Shown here piece by piece: positions 48,901 to 61,397 of a stretch of DNA of 64,000 nt (position 1 is the stretch's first letter; each line of letters opens with the position of its first letter). Both the position numbers and the translations under genes were made by a program. The notes under the pieces are model-generated. The model ran no database searches. It saw only the letters and a program-made list of their open reading frames with translations, and was not told the DNA's origin. Location of the stretch: assembly GCF_035084215.1 (NCBI RefSeq), contig NC_090332.1, positions 9,052,001 through 9,116,000 on the forward strand, given 5' to 3'. The DNA comes from Heptranchias perlo. Lineage: Eukaryota.

Positions 48901-51900
48901 TAAAAATCACAATCTGAAAAGTTGGACTGGTATTGCACACAAAGTATTTACATACATAGATAACTGTCACTGCAGTTCAAGAGAAAAATAATCCATATCT
49001 GAACCACTGAGATAGATCTGAGACATAATCGATATAAATGCAACTCTTTTTTGCTCAGAAATAATTTGATGTTTGTGCAATCAATCTTGTTTTATTTTCA
49101 AATTCACATATCAAAAAAGGTAAAAGTTTCTCAAGTAACTCACCTTCATTATGTCCATGATGTTGTTTGTCCCCAAAATGTTATATTTGCCTGGATGCTC
49201 TGCTGCATGCTTTGAAACCCATACCGATTTACCAGTCCCAGGTAAGCCAACCATCATCAAAACCTAAAACAAACCAACCAGTCAACAAACGACATTACTA
49301 CAGACTAACTCAAATATTGCCATCTGAATTCCCCACTAATAACCCATTTCAATTGTAAATACTTAAAAGATTTATTGTAGACTTCTGTATTTCACTATAG
49401 TTTCTAAAATTATGGCAGTGATGTCTGGAGATATGCTTGTGCAACAGGTAGTGAGAAAGGAAGCACAAGTGACACATAACAGGAAGTGTGTGCTATATGC
49501 AAGATTTTTAATATATTATAGAAATCCCACCCTAGATAAGACAACAGCAACGTTTTTCTAAAATGCAGCATTGCAATATATGTGTTGTGTTTTAAATATA
49601 CAGGGGCAACTTGTATGCCAGATATTATAGAAAATGTAAAACCTATGTATGAAACAAATATTCCAGCTCCTGCTCCTTTTCAACACAGATCGATAGATTT
49701 TTTGTTAGACAAGGGTATCAAGAGGTATGGAACAAAGGCGAGTAAATGGAGTCAATGTACAGGTCAACCATGATCTAATAGAAAGGTGGAACAGGCTTGA
49801 GGGGCTGAGTGGCCTACTCCCATTCCTATGTTCCTACCTTTGCACAGATATGTAAAAATCATTTAAAATATCACATACTTCACATTCTCCTTTGGTTTTG
49901 GGTCCTGTTGGCCCTCGTACACGCTCCTCCAATGGGACCTGCTGGATGAAGGCAAAGCCTTCAGGTATAGGAAAGTAGGGAGTCTCCATCTGTCCAAAAT
50001 TAAACTCTACCGCACAATTGTGGCACAGAACATGCGGAAATAAGGCTCTGCCAGCGAGAATGTCGTTCCCAATCTTGAATGCAACGCCCAGATCCTGACC
50101 GTTCTTGGAGTAGGAGACTTCTACTTCATCAGCATCAAAGTTCTACAAACAAAAACACACAAAATAATTTGTTGGGAGCACCAGCAAAATTCAATCTTAC
50201 AGTAGTCCACAACCTGTGAGAATTGAATTGGATAGCTATTGCAGCACAAATTCGTCAGGCCATTATTTTATACCCGTGCTGTGCTGTGAGATCTGTCAAT
50301 CACTATACCAAACACAGGATTCAAAAAGGCAAGAATGTATTAAAATCGTACTGTATGCAGTAGCAACCTCAACACTTTCATAAGAAACCATACAGTGGTT
50401 GCTAATCCCTACTGCAAAACGTTGATCTCATGTTTAGGATCTATAATGTTCAGTTTTTGATGTTAGAAGTATATGTGCAATTGTACATTTTAAAAAAGCT
50501 CCTTCCATCAATAACCTGACAAAAAAAATGACTTCACTGGGTTAATGGCATGGAAGAGTTATTGAATTCAATAAGACCACCATAAGAGATAGGAGCAGGA
50601 GTAGGCCTTTCAGCCCCTCGAGTCTGCTCCGCCATTTAATGAGATCATGGCTGATCTAATTTTTACCTCAACTCCTCTTTCCCGCCCTTTCCCCATATCC
50701 CTTGACTCCCTTGCTGATCAAAAATTTGTCTAACTCAGCCTTGAATGTATTCAATGACTCGGCCTCCACAACTTTTTGGGGTAAAGAATTCCAAAGATTC
50801 ACGACCCTCTGGGAGAAGAAATTCCTCCTAATTTCCGTCTTAAACGGGCAACCCCTTATTCTGAGACTATGCCCCCTAGTTTTAGATTCCTGCATGAAGG
50901 AGCTAAATATAGTGGATAGTGAATCGTCTTTAGATTTATAACTATATCTACTAATTGTAAACTGGCAGGTTTGTTGACCCCTATAAGCCAATAACCTCAA
51001 TGTCATTTCTACCCATTTTAAGAATTGAAAACGCAGCAGAAATGGGTGGAATAAAACAGTAGAATGCAAATCAGAATCCTTTGTTGGTCCTGATATATAA
51101 GTACTAGTTAACTTACAAGGAAGCAGCCAATCACATCATTTTCCCCAAACTTTTCACCATACTCTTCAGACTTGCAATTCGAACATTTTGCGCCATTTCC
51201 AGAGTACCCAACGGAAAGTTCTTCTTCACCTGAAAGCAAAACAAAGTCTTACGTGATTTAAATCAGAGAGTTATATACTATATCAGAGAGCTATATCCTA
51301 TTCCACACAAACTTGAAAAAAAGATGGCTGAAAGTACACAGCAGGCCAGTCAGTACCAAAGAGAGAAAAGGCAGGTTTACCTTTTGGGAGTAGACCCCTC
51401 ATTAGAACTGGTTACTACTTGAATCGCATTACAGTTGATAAAGCAAGAATGAGATGGCAGTGTTTTGGTATACTGAACTCAAGGTAAGTACACAAGTGGC
51501 CCATATTTCTAGATTTTGGCCACTGATCCCAGAGTTATCAGAACTGTTGCATCACCCAACTACCGGATAGCAGAAGATTAACTAGATAGACGGTGGTCTT
51601 TTATTGTCTCACAATTTCTTTGATCCTAATTTTGGTAAAGCACGCGGAAGGCAACCCCAGCGTTTCATGGCACCACCCAATAGTGCACTAGAGTTATACA
51701 AGCACACACATTATTCCCACTTATATGCAAATGTACGCAAGAAAAAGCATTGAAGGCTCATGAGTAAGAGACTTCTACTTCATCAGCATTAAAGCTCTGT
51801 AAACAAAAATGTTTTATCTTGGCTCCTCCAAAGTGTTGCTTCTTCTAAAAGGACAGCATTTATCATCTGTGCACGTGCTCTCTGAAAAGTATTACATGAA

Positions 51901-54900
51901 AAAAATGGAACAGGGTACCAGTGATCAATGTGAAAGTCTGGCAAATTTTCCCAGTAGCTACAAATCTAAGAATGAATGCCTGAAATGCCTCACTAAATTG
52001 AGGGAAATAAAGACAGAGAATAAAGATACAAGAGTTAGCACAGCACAATGTGTCACACTACAGAGCATTTCCACGTTAAATAATATGGGTCACATCTTGT
52101 GTTTTATATCTGAGAAACTAGAAACCAGGTAGCCCTCAAACCGTAGGTGTTCAAATGTTCTTTTTTTTTAAAAAGATGCAGACGCAGGTTACAAATTATT
52201 TCACCAATGCAATGCACCTTTCTTTTTTCTATGTGTATTTTTCCCACAAATGTGTATTAACTTCCTGAATTAACCTCCCTCCAAATTTCACTGCTTGACG
52301 GCACTCACGCTTACCGGGACTTAGTTCATCAAGCAAGCGGCCATTCTAGACACCAAAAAGCTCACAGGACAATAATCTACCACAGGCGGCATCACAACCA
52401 CCTCAACTGACATCCACAAACATGCACTTTCCGGCAGATGTCACCGGATTCCAATCACAAGCAGAAACCCAAGCTCGCTATTATTTTTTTTAATCCCACC
52501 CCGAGCCTAGGACATTAAGATGAATTTGTAGCACCTACCACCAGCTACCTCAGTGCAGATGGAGAATCGAACCTTGGATACCCTGTTCTAAGAATATCAA
52601 CAATGCAACGTTACTTGCAATAGAGTACTACTCTAAACTCAGCACAACAAACTACAGGACAGAATTCTACTTATTTTCATTAGGCGAGGAAAATCAGTGC
52701 TGTGAGCTCCAAACAATTCTACTGTAGTCAGCAGATATTTTTCAAGTTAGCTTCAGATCGGTGTCAAAGCAAATTAGAACTAGCTCCCAATACCGCAAGA
52801 AAAAAAAATACAACGTATAAAATGAAGTCTTGCACTCAGCTACGTGCTGTTCTTCAAATCTCAGGCTCCCTCCATGCCCCATTTTGTGATCATTTGTGTG
52901 TTCATCAAGGTGAGAATGTTAGAGTTTGGTAAGGGATACCTTCCCATTTTGAGTATCAAGCACTCCCAGGTTATATATAGCATAGTCAGATGGACTGCAA
53001 ACCTCTCTATGCTGCACCAAAAATTGTACTATAATCCCATCCCTACCACATTAGGAGCACATTTTCCATCTCTCATCTGTGTGGCCCATGAACAAAATGG
53101 TCAATTGTCAAATATGGGACAATTTTGTGCTGCATATCCCACTTAGAAATGGATTGAAACTGCCCATCACTCATCTGACAAAGGAGAAAGCCTCTGAAAG
53201 CTTGTGATTTTAAATAAAGCTGTTGGACTATAACCTGGTGTTGTAAGACTCCTTACATTTGTCCACCAGTCCATCACCGGCATCTCCGCATCATTTCACA
53301 CAGGACCCTCAGAGCCAGCTGAGGAGAGGCTTTCACTCCATCAGTCTGAGCTGAGTTCAAACCCAACTCTCAAGTGAAAGGACAAGAGTATCTAACACAT
53401 TGTACTACCCACACTCACCCAATGGGGGAATTATTATAACAAAATATTAATAAAAATTCCTGACGTAATCAATTTGACCACATAGTGGTAAACATAACGT
53501 TCTGCAAGTGGCTCAATCCTTAAAAAGCACCACTGACACCATTGCAACATAGTCCCAAGTCCACTGCTACATGGTGACTAGTGAGTAAGCTGCCATAAAC
53601 CTCACCATAAAACCTCTCCCTTCCTAATATTCCTCCAATAAAAAAAAATCACGCATTATCAAATCAGAATATTCAACAGGCTTACTAAACACCAAATAGT
53701 GAGCAGTGTTTAAGCTGGTTAACTAGCAGGTAACAGTTCTGTGCCAGACTAGAGAAATGGCATTTTGATAGAAAACAGGCACTCTTCGTATCATCTCAGT
53801 CCGTGCCAATAGAAATGGTTGCGCATTTTCACCTCTATTAGTGTATGAAGAGGTAGAGGGAATGAAGTAAAGGGCTGGGGAGGGGTGAGAGAAAGTTGAA
53901 ACTAAACTCACCAAGTAACATGCTGTAGGAAGCCAGTGACCAGCCAATCCTCACTTCATGTGGATCAATCTGATCCGGTGGCAAATGCTTAACTGGTATC
54001 TTCTCAGTTACCTGTTGAGACAAATGTTAAAGCCAAGATAATACCATCTCAGTTTTGTGTCTTAAAAAAAAATTAAATTTAAACAAAAAAGACATTTACC
54101 TTCATCTCAAAGCAGATTTTGCCTTTGGTAACTCCGTAGGAAGCTCTTCCTCCAGCCCAGAGGTAGGCAAATCCTTCCATAGTCAGAGGCATCGCGCCAA
54201 AACGATCTCTATTGATCTTAAAGTGCAAATCGCAGTTGTCTATAAAAGAATATGGCATGTTAGTGCTTTAATACAAGCTACCGAGGGTACATACTGACAG
54301 AGCATGTGTATTTAACACTGCAACAGGGACATTTCCCATATAATACAAACTGAAGATATCTTAGTGTCAACTAAACAAAATCTACTAAAGTACTAGTTCA
54401 CTGAATAGCAGCTATATTAACAAATTGGTGTCAGAAAAATAATTATTCAACCTAAAAACATGTATAAAAAAGTGATCTGTACTAAAGGTAGTTATGCTGC
54501 TTATTTTAACACTGAATCAGTAGAGTGCCAGAAGAATTAACTACTAGAACATTTTAATTTTGGCAATATGTTTATCTTTTCAGGGGCTAAACTGCATCAA
54601 AATAGACTAGAGCTCTAGAGTATTAACACAGCAACTCTTAGGCTCCACCAGATATTTTCAACACCCACCAGATATTTTCAACACCCACACAAGGATGGTA
54701 AGGCACTAATTCCACAATCATTGACACTAGACAAAGAGGACATTATGGCAATTTTAAAAACTGCTAAAACTTTTGAACAGTTGAACTATTATGCCTTATA
54801 AACAGGTTTGCCCCAACATAAAATTTACTTAGCTACAATAAGTGTTTTCAACATATCAAAATATTTGCCAAATGAGACAACTAATAAGGAAACATGACTG

Positions 54901-57900
54901 AATAAATACATTAAGTCACAAGCTTATACTTGGTGGAGGATGAGGAATCGGGTAGTGGACAGAAAGGGAAGTACAGCTTTTCTATAAATTATCATGAGCG
55001 ATGATTTTGTTAGCATGAACTTTATAAACCAGTATGCGCACCGCAGAACAGAAGATACAATAAACGTCAATATTAGAACGCTCTCCCCCAACCCGAGCTT
55101 CCTATGGTACTGCAATAAACATCACAAACCAGCAAGAGCAAGTGAACTGTTTTATTTATTCTTGTTTCTTGTTTCCCTTCCCTCCATGTGTGGCATGCTC
55201 AAAAAATCTGAACTCATCCCTTGGGGAGTCAGAAGCCAAGAACACCTATGCTGCTGCTCCAAAGAAGGGAACAATACATTTTCACCTTAGAATTTGAAAA
55301 AAAAACTTCTAAAGAAGTGAATGCTGTAACTTTAACATGCATTGTCGCCCCTCAACTAACACTGCGTTGCCAGGTGACATCAGTCAGGAACATTATTGGA
55401 ATTATGGCAAAATTCCAGGACATTTTTAGCTGTGAAGAATGAGCTGTTTGCTTAATTAAAATGTCTTGGACTTGATGCCATGTACTCAAGAGTGCTGATG
55501 GACATGAGTTTGGAGGTCTAGGCTATTTCCAATCGACTGAAGGGAGAGTTAACGTGGTTCCAGTATTTAAGATGGGGAAGAAATCAGAAACTAGGAATTA
55601 TGGTTCTATTTGTTTGACATCAGCTAAAGGAAAGATGCTAGAGAGCATCATAAGGGATGTGATGTATGATCAGCTGGAGAGGTCAGCACTTACTAGGGAA
55701 CCCCAGCATGACTTATCCGAGGAAGTGACCAAATTAACGAATTGTGGCAGTCCAGCAGAAGTTGTATAACATGTCATGGAAGATAGGGACCTGGGGTTCA
55801 TAGCTGATAAGTCATTGAAGATCAAATTATTAGGACTGTACAATAGAAAATTAATACTACATTTAGGCTGTGTACTGATGATACATCTGTTCTAGGCTCA
55901 ATAAGTTACTAGAGTCACTTTCTTTGGAGAAATGCAGGCTCAGAAATAGATATGACTAATTGAACATAAGCAGCTGTGAAGAGTTGCTGCCTGAATTCAA
56001 ATTCCTGTCTGAACCTACTTTTGGAATATATATGTTACCAGATTTACTCAAGATCACTTACATGTATCCAGGGCAACTACAGTATCATCAAACTCTTCCT
56101 CATCTTCTTCCACAGGTGGCTGGGGAGACTTAGACCTGGAAACAGCCATATATACTGGTTAATAGTTTGGCACTAAACAGAATAGTAGCAAATTTCTATG
56201 AGCTGGTAATATATAGTTAACCATACCTCCGATATTTGTTTTCTTCGATATACTCATAGTAGCCACGTCCGTGGTCTTCATGAGGTCTCTTTACACCTCT
56301 GCGATTTTGCTCTTTACTCTTATCAGTTGACTGTTCAACTTGGGTCTCTTTTCCTACAAAGGAAAGCAGGTTACAAATTGACCAATATTGGTTCCAAATG
56401 TAAGATTACAATGATTTCAGACTTGTGACTCATCACATCAGGGGAGCAGTGAAGAGATCCTCATGCAATTTATGAACCAAGTATTTAAGTAGAAAATCAA
56501 ACATGAGCATAATTCATAAATATATGGGTATTACACAATTAACCTAATTTGTTAAAGTTATCACCCATAATTCATTAACTCAATTTGTTTACTTTAAATA
56601 CATTTCACTTTACTACTTTGATTTAAATCACTGTTCTTTCAAGACAGGGAAAAAAAAGTATAAATGGCCTTTTAAATTTCATTCCCCCAAAGCAAATTTC
56701 TGCAAAGTGCATATAATTATAGAAGAATTTATTGGCTTAATGTTTAACCACAGTAACACTCTTCTACAATTGAGAGTATTATTCATAAACTGAACCTTCC
56801 CGTTAGAACACTACTTCTCATTGAAATTCCACACACCCGGCAATCATTTTTTTTTGATCAGCTCACTCTAAATAGCATGCAATTATTTAAAATCAAACTG
56901 GCCAAAAGCAGTGGTTGCTCCAGTGGCCCCCCTGATGGGGAGGTCAAATCAGTACCACAGAATCATCTAAATAAGTGAAGTTCCCTCTACTCAGCTGAAA
57001 CGATATGCCTCAGCTCAACTTCAACTGTACCAATATGATTACACACCCTCCATTTCCTAGACCAGCCACTCTGATCTCTGAATTAGAATACCGATTGAGG
57101 GACAGTTTAGCACTGTGGGCCCATACTCAAGGAAAAGGTTTTAAGACTGCCCAAATTAATTTAATATAGTTGCAGAAGGGAGACTTTCATCCAATCAGTC
57201 TTGCTCAGATCTTAGCCACTGCCCCAGAAGTGACCCACTGCACCACGCAGTCTTCATGTATTTGTAATTCTTAACTTTTTTGTGCAATGTTACATTACAA
57301 TGTTTGCTAATTTACTGTGCATTCAAGTTTAGCATCGGTGCAAACTGACTAAAGCAAAGCAGAATGAGACTGCCTTCTCCAAGCCTAGACTCCGGTTTAA
57401 GGCGGGATTTAGACTATAAACACAGCATCAATACAAAATGAAACCAGTTTGCATAGATGCTAGTTATACTCTGAATGCATCTTAAGTATTTCAGAAACCA
57501 CTTGCACTTGGACTAGTTCCCCCCTCATTACTTTATTACTCGGTGGAAATGTGCTGATGAAACACCCTGCAGCATAAATAGGACAGTTCTGTCATCAGGA
57601 TACTGAAGTGGGACGCACAAAGCAGTTTCCAAAAATAGTTCTTGGCTATTAATAAGCAAGTCCTGCTCTGTTAGCAGCTGCCCAGTTTTCACTGCTCAAT
57701 ATCAGTAGGTCATCAAAAGCAGTAATTATATTGGGGGGGGGGGGGGGGTGGAGAAAGAGAAAGAAATAGCATGGTAAGCATCGCCAACCTATTTAAAGGC
57801 AGGTTATACTGTCGATGTACCAACAGTTTACGTTTTACTACTTTTAAAGGTACACCACAGAATGAAATCTACATTGTTGGCTGACATTTGGTCCCTTTCA

Positions 57901-60900
57901 TTTATTTTAAAATTGTAACCAATGAAAAAAAGTGTTTTTAAAATATCCAAATTAAATTATCTGTGAAAACATTCCAAGAGTACATGTGCACTGTATCTGG
58001 GCAACTTACCAGCAACACAACCTAAACTCAACAACACACTGAACATTTTCACTTCAGACTGATTATTTTGGGGATTTAGAAGTAATGTTATTTTTAAACT
58101 TCTAAATATAAAAAGGTTAGCTAATTTAGATTTCTAAAGTAGTAGTATATAGGCATGTTATATAACAGCCACGTTAAAATGTGGGCTCACATCCCACCTT
58201 TTGTATGACACAAATGCAAAAGTGACAGTATTCTGATCTGAACTGAGCAGAACTATGGGAGACCCTCAAGACACACCACATGGGCTACAGTATACGCTGC
58301 TCCCTGGGTACTTTATAAACGTAAATAGAGTTTACTTAATTTTTTGAATCCGAATGCTCTCACTTAAAATAGACCAGCCTGTGTAGAGCTCTGTGCGTAA
58401 GCAGTGTGCAGCTATCTTCATCCCAGAGAATTGGATTTGCAGCCAAGCAGCATAAATAAAGTGCAGCTGGCTGCAAATCGATACTTTAATGACTGATCTG
58501 AGATCAGTAGGTCTACTACAATATAACCATAGATAACTACATCCTCTGCACACGAAGAAAACAGCCATCTTAAACATTGCTGATTTCTAGACACAGAACA
58601 AACCCAACTTTTGACTGATGCAGCAGTAACTGTATTAAGCTTTCTCAGATGGGAAGAGTGTCCACTTTGTTCTCAACTTTATTTCAAAATCAGTGTGACA
58701 GCCAGTGTCATTACACACTTACTGCAGCAGCTAAAATGTTTATGAATGGCGCTCCCATGGCATTGCACACAATAAATATGCAGCATGATGTCCTGCTTTA
58801 TAATGACAGGATTGTTACACCGTGAAACATATGATAAATTATTCTGCTGCTATGGTGCAATTTAAGCCCACAAAGTATAATTTAAATAGACACACCCTGA
58901 GCTCAGTTAGGTGTTAATTGCTGATGGTGAGGGAACTTTGCTGATTGGCGAAGTTATACATTCCCAGTCCAGGAAAAATTAGCATGAAATTATCTACTTT
59001 TCTTTTTATATTCTAATATTTGGAATGTGAAATGAACATACCTGGACTTTCAGGGAGTAAAGCTGAACCACTTGACAGTGCTGGATATTAGTGCTACAGT
59101 TCTATGTAGACTGCATCAGTACTTCAATTTTCTTCTTTTAATACAGTTTATTCAAACTTTTGAACCTGACACCAAGGCTTACTCCATGTTAACCTGGCAC
59201 TGAAAATAGCCCTTAAACGCTTTCCCCTCCCTTTCAAAACTGCCTTCCAAACTGAATCCTCAGTCCTCACTAGCTAGCACCCTACCTCCAAACTCTTCTC
59301 TTAACAAGATCCATGAGCATGTTGTCATCTCCCAGCTCTATACCCACCTCTCCAAAAACCCGAACATTTTCTTTGACTGCGATGTATCATCCAACTTCCT
59401 CATCGTCAATCTGCAGCATTTGACACGGCCAAGCACACCATTCCCGACCAATGTCTATCTATTGTTGTCCAGCTCGATGGGACTGCCTTTGCTTAGCTGC
59501 ATTCTCATCTATCTGATGACAGCCAGAGCACATCTGTCAGTGGCTTCTCTTCCCAGCCCCACGTCACCTATGGAATCCCCAAGAATCCAATCTTGGTCCA
59601 TACCTAAAGCTCATCTCCACACATCACCCACAGACGTAGGATCATATCCCACATGTACGCCACTAACATCTAGCGTTACCTCCCCACCACCTCACTTAGC
59701 CTCTCCAATACCTCTGTGGCATCGGGCTGCTTGTCTGACATCCAGTACTGGATAAACCTCAACTTGATCCAGCTAAACGTTGGGAAGATGATCTAACCCC
59801 CACCACAAAATCTCTGCCACTGACTCCATCCCCCTTCCTGACCAGCCTCAGGCTAAACCAGTCTTTGCAACCTCATGCATCCTGTTCAACCAAGTTGATC
59901 TTCTAACGCTGCATCCAATCAATCACAAAAGACCCACTTCCACCTTCCCAACACTAACCACCTCTGCCCATCCTCCATTGACTTGACTTTTTTTTCTATG
60001 CTAAAAAAAGCTATATAAATGCAAAAGGCTATTGGAATTTTTGTTCCCACATGCCAATTCTTTCCCTTTCCTTTCTCTATTTGCCCCTTCTAGGTGAGTT
60101 TCCTCACTCCCTTTACTACTCCATTTTGCTTTTCATTATTTCATCCATTTCCACCCTCTCCTCCATTTTCTATGTTCTCTTACCCTTCTTTCCTTTATAT
60201 TCACCCCCCTCCCCTTGAAGATTTATCTTCAATCCACTCCCCCCCCCCCATCACCCAAGCTTCATTTGATGCTCCAACTCCCCCCCATGTCGAACACGCG
60301 CGCCTAACAGCGTGGGCCCAATGGAGGCTCACCGCCGGAAATGACGCCCCAAGGCTGAAATTACCGTTTAAAAAAAGCGCATTAAAGCCCGCGCCCTCTC
60401 CCGGATTAGAATAAATAAAGCCCGAGGCCCCCCCCCCCCCCCCCCGGGGCCCACCTTTACTCGAGTGGTGCGGGGTCGGAGCTGGGGCCGAGGACGCCGC
60501 TTCTTCCTCCTGCTTCTGATCCGCCGGCAGATCCCGCGCCTCCCGCCGCTCCGGGGCCTCGCTGTCCCCCAGCTCCATTGTTTCCTCTTCTCCCGCGCTC
60601 TCCTCGGGCTTCGGGAGCTGGGCCTCGGCCGCTCCCTCGGGCTCCCCCATCCCGTTCTCCTCCTCCTCTTCTTCCTCCTCCTCCTCGCCGAGGCCGCTTT
60701 CGCTTTCGGCTGTTTTTGGTTCGGCTTCAGAGTCGCCGCTCTCGGCCTCCTCCTCCTCGAGTTCCCCTCCCCCTTCGGCGGGCTCGGCCGCGGCCTGGGC
60801 CTCGTCCGTCTGTTGTCGCGGCGGCGAGAGGCTCGGCTCCCCGGCGGCTTGGGCTGCTGCTGCCGCCGCCGCCGCCGGCCCGATCTGCGGCCTGGCGGCC

Positions 60901-61397
60901 TCCAGCTCTCCTCGACGAGCGTCGTGCGACGGCTGCTCGCCGTTGAGTCCCGGGCCCAGCGGCTCAGGCTCGGCTTTGTCTCCTCCTCCTCCCCCTCCTG
61001 CCGCCGCCGCCGCCGCCGCTCTCACCACCACCACCTGCGGCGGCTCCTCTTCCTCCTCCTCCTCCCCCGCCTCATCATCCAACACCGACTCGGGCAGCTC
61101 CTCGAGGCGGGAAACGCTCTCCCCGGCTCCCAGCGCCTCTTCCTTGCCGTTCTCCCCGGCTTCGAGCGGGCTGGGCTCGGCGCTAGCCTCGTCCTCTTCT
61201 TCCTCCTCCTCCTCCTCCTCCTCTTCTTCCTCCCCCGCCGCCATGTCGGCGACTTCGGGCTCCTCGGCCTCGCTGTCGAGTGCGGCCTGAAGCCGCTCTT
61301 GGAGCTCGGCTTTCAGGCCCTGCACGCTCAGGCCTCGCTGCTTGAGCTCCTCCTTGAGCTCGGGCACCTTAAGTTTTTTCACGTTGATGTCGCTCAT
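42847..61397 (-). CDS. HNRNPU: Heterogeneous nuclear ribonucleoprotein U (SAF-A), complete 14-exon CDS, about 934 aa
   Basis: All 14 exons have GT-AG boundaries and consistent phases (943+127+74+140+100+113+264+120+129+169+264+200+105+57 = 2805 nt). Domains: SAP ([25 protein letters not shown]), acidic region, SPRY, P-loop GLPGTGKS with Walker B NYILDQ, RGG/RG-rich tail. Convergent with COX20 as in human. Confidence 0.97.
44144..44248 (-). CDS. HNRNPU: HNRNPU exon 13
   Basis: [35 protein letters not shown]|gtaagt, 105 nt. Confidence 0.92.
45177..45376 (-). CDS. HNRNPU: HNRNPU exon 12 (RGG region)
   Basis: [16 protein letters not shown]...[10 protein letters not shown]...NRGGYGQ, 200 nt, acag| and |gtacat. 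Confidence 0.93.
46162..46425 (-). CDS. HNRNPU: HNRNPU exon 11
   Basis: [36 protein letters not shown]...[18 protein letters not shown], 264 nt. Confidence 0.94.
47614..47782 (-). CDS. HNRNPU: HNRNPU exon 10
   Basis: [27 protein letters not shown]...[13 protein letters not shown], 169 nt. Confidence 0.96.
48240..48368 (-). CDS. HNRNPU: HNRNPU exon 9 (Walker B)
   Basis: [43 protein letters not shown], 129 nt. Confidence 0.96.
49144..49263 (-). CDS. HNRNPU: HNRNPU exon 8 (Walker A)
   Basis: [40 protein letters not shown], 120 nt. Confidence 0.96.
49879..50142 (-). CDS. HNRNPU: HNRNPU exon 7
   Basis: [22 protein letters not shown]...[17 protein letters not shown]...[15 protein letters not shown], 264 nt. 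Confidence 0.96.
50582..50895 (-). mobile_element. CR1 LINE 3' fragment in HNRNPU intron 6
   Basis: [27 protein letters not shown]. Confidence 0.88.
51117..51229 (-). CDS. HNRNPU: HNRNPU exon 6 (SPRY)
   Basis: [37 protein letters not shown], 113 nt. Confidence 0.96.
53170..53295 (+). mobile_element. Penelope-type terminal (pLTR) fragment in HNRNPU intron 5
   Basis: CTGACAAAGGAGAAAGCCTCTGAAAGCTTGTGATTT.AAATAAA.CTGTTGGACTATAACCTGGTGTTGT resembles shark Penelope ends as I recall them. Confidence 0.6.
53912..54011 (-). CDS. HNRNPU: HNRNPU exon 5 (SPRY)
   Basis: [34 protein letters not shown], 100 nt. Confidence 0.96.
54100..54239 (-). CDS. HNRNPU: HNRNPU exon 4 (SPRY)
   Basis: [47 protein letters not shown], 140 nt. 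Confidence 0.96.
55470..55950 (+). mobile_element. Old CR1 RT fragment in HNRNPU intron 3
   Basis: [34 protein letters not shown]. Confidence 0.75.
56062..56135 (-). CDS. HNRNPU: HNRNPU exon 3
   Basis: [24 protein letters not shown], 74 nt, AG/GT boundaries. Confidence 0.96.
56227..56353 (-). CDS. HNRNPU: HNRNPU exon 2
   Basis: ttgtag|...[25 protein letters not shown]|gtatgg. Confidence 0.95.
59170..59970 (+). mobile_element. Old L2 fragment in HNRNPU intron 1
   Basis: Degenerate similarity to the L2 at 61588-62455 (opposite orientation). Confidence 0.6.

Noticed and set aside
48414-54690. Short tandem duplications (48414-48457, 48609/48687, 54646-54686; also 3563/3598 and 47129)
   Set aside because: Two-unit slippage duplications with no spacer array. 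Not CRISPR-like and no functional evidence.
54930-54981. Possible 52-nt cassette exon in HNRNPU intron 3
   Set aside because: Weak donor (CAA|GTATAA) and poor pyrimidine tract. Not supportable without RNA data.
56416-56437. Box C (GTGATGA) and box D (CTGA) on the HNRNPU sense strand
   Set aside because: Only 9 nt apart, too short for a C/D snoRNA.
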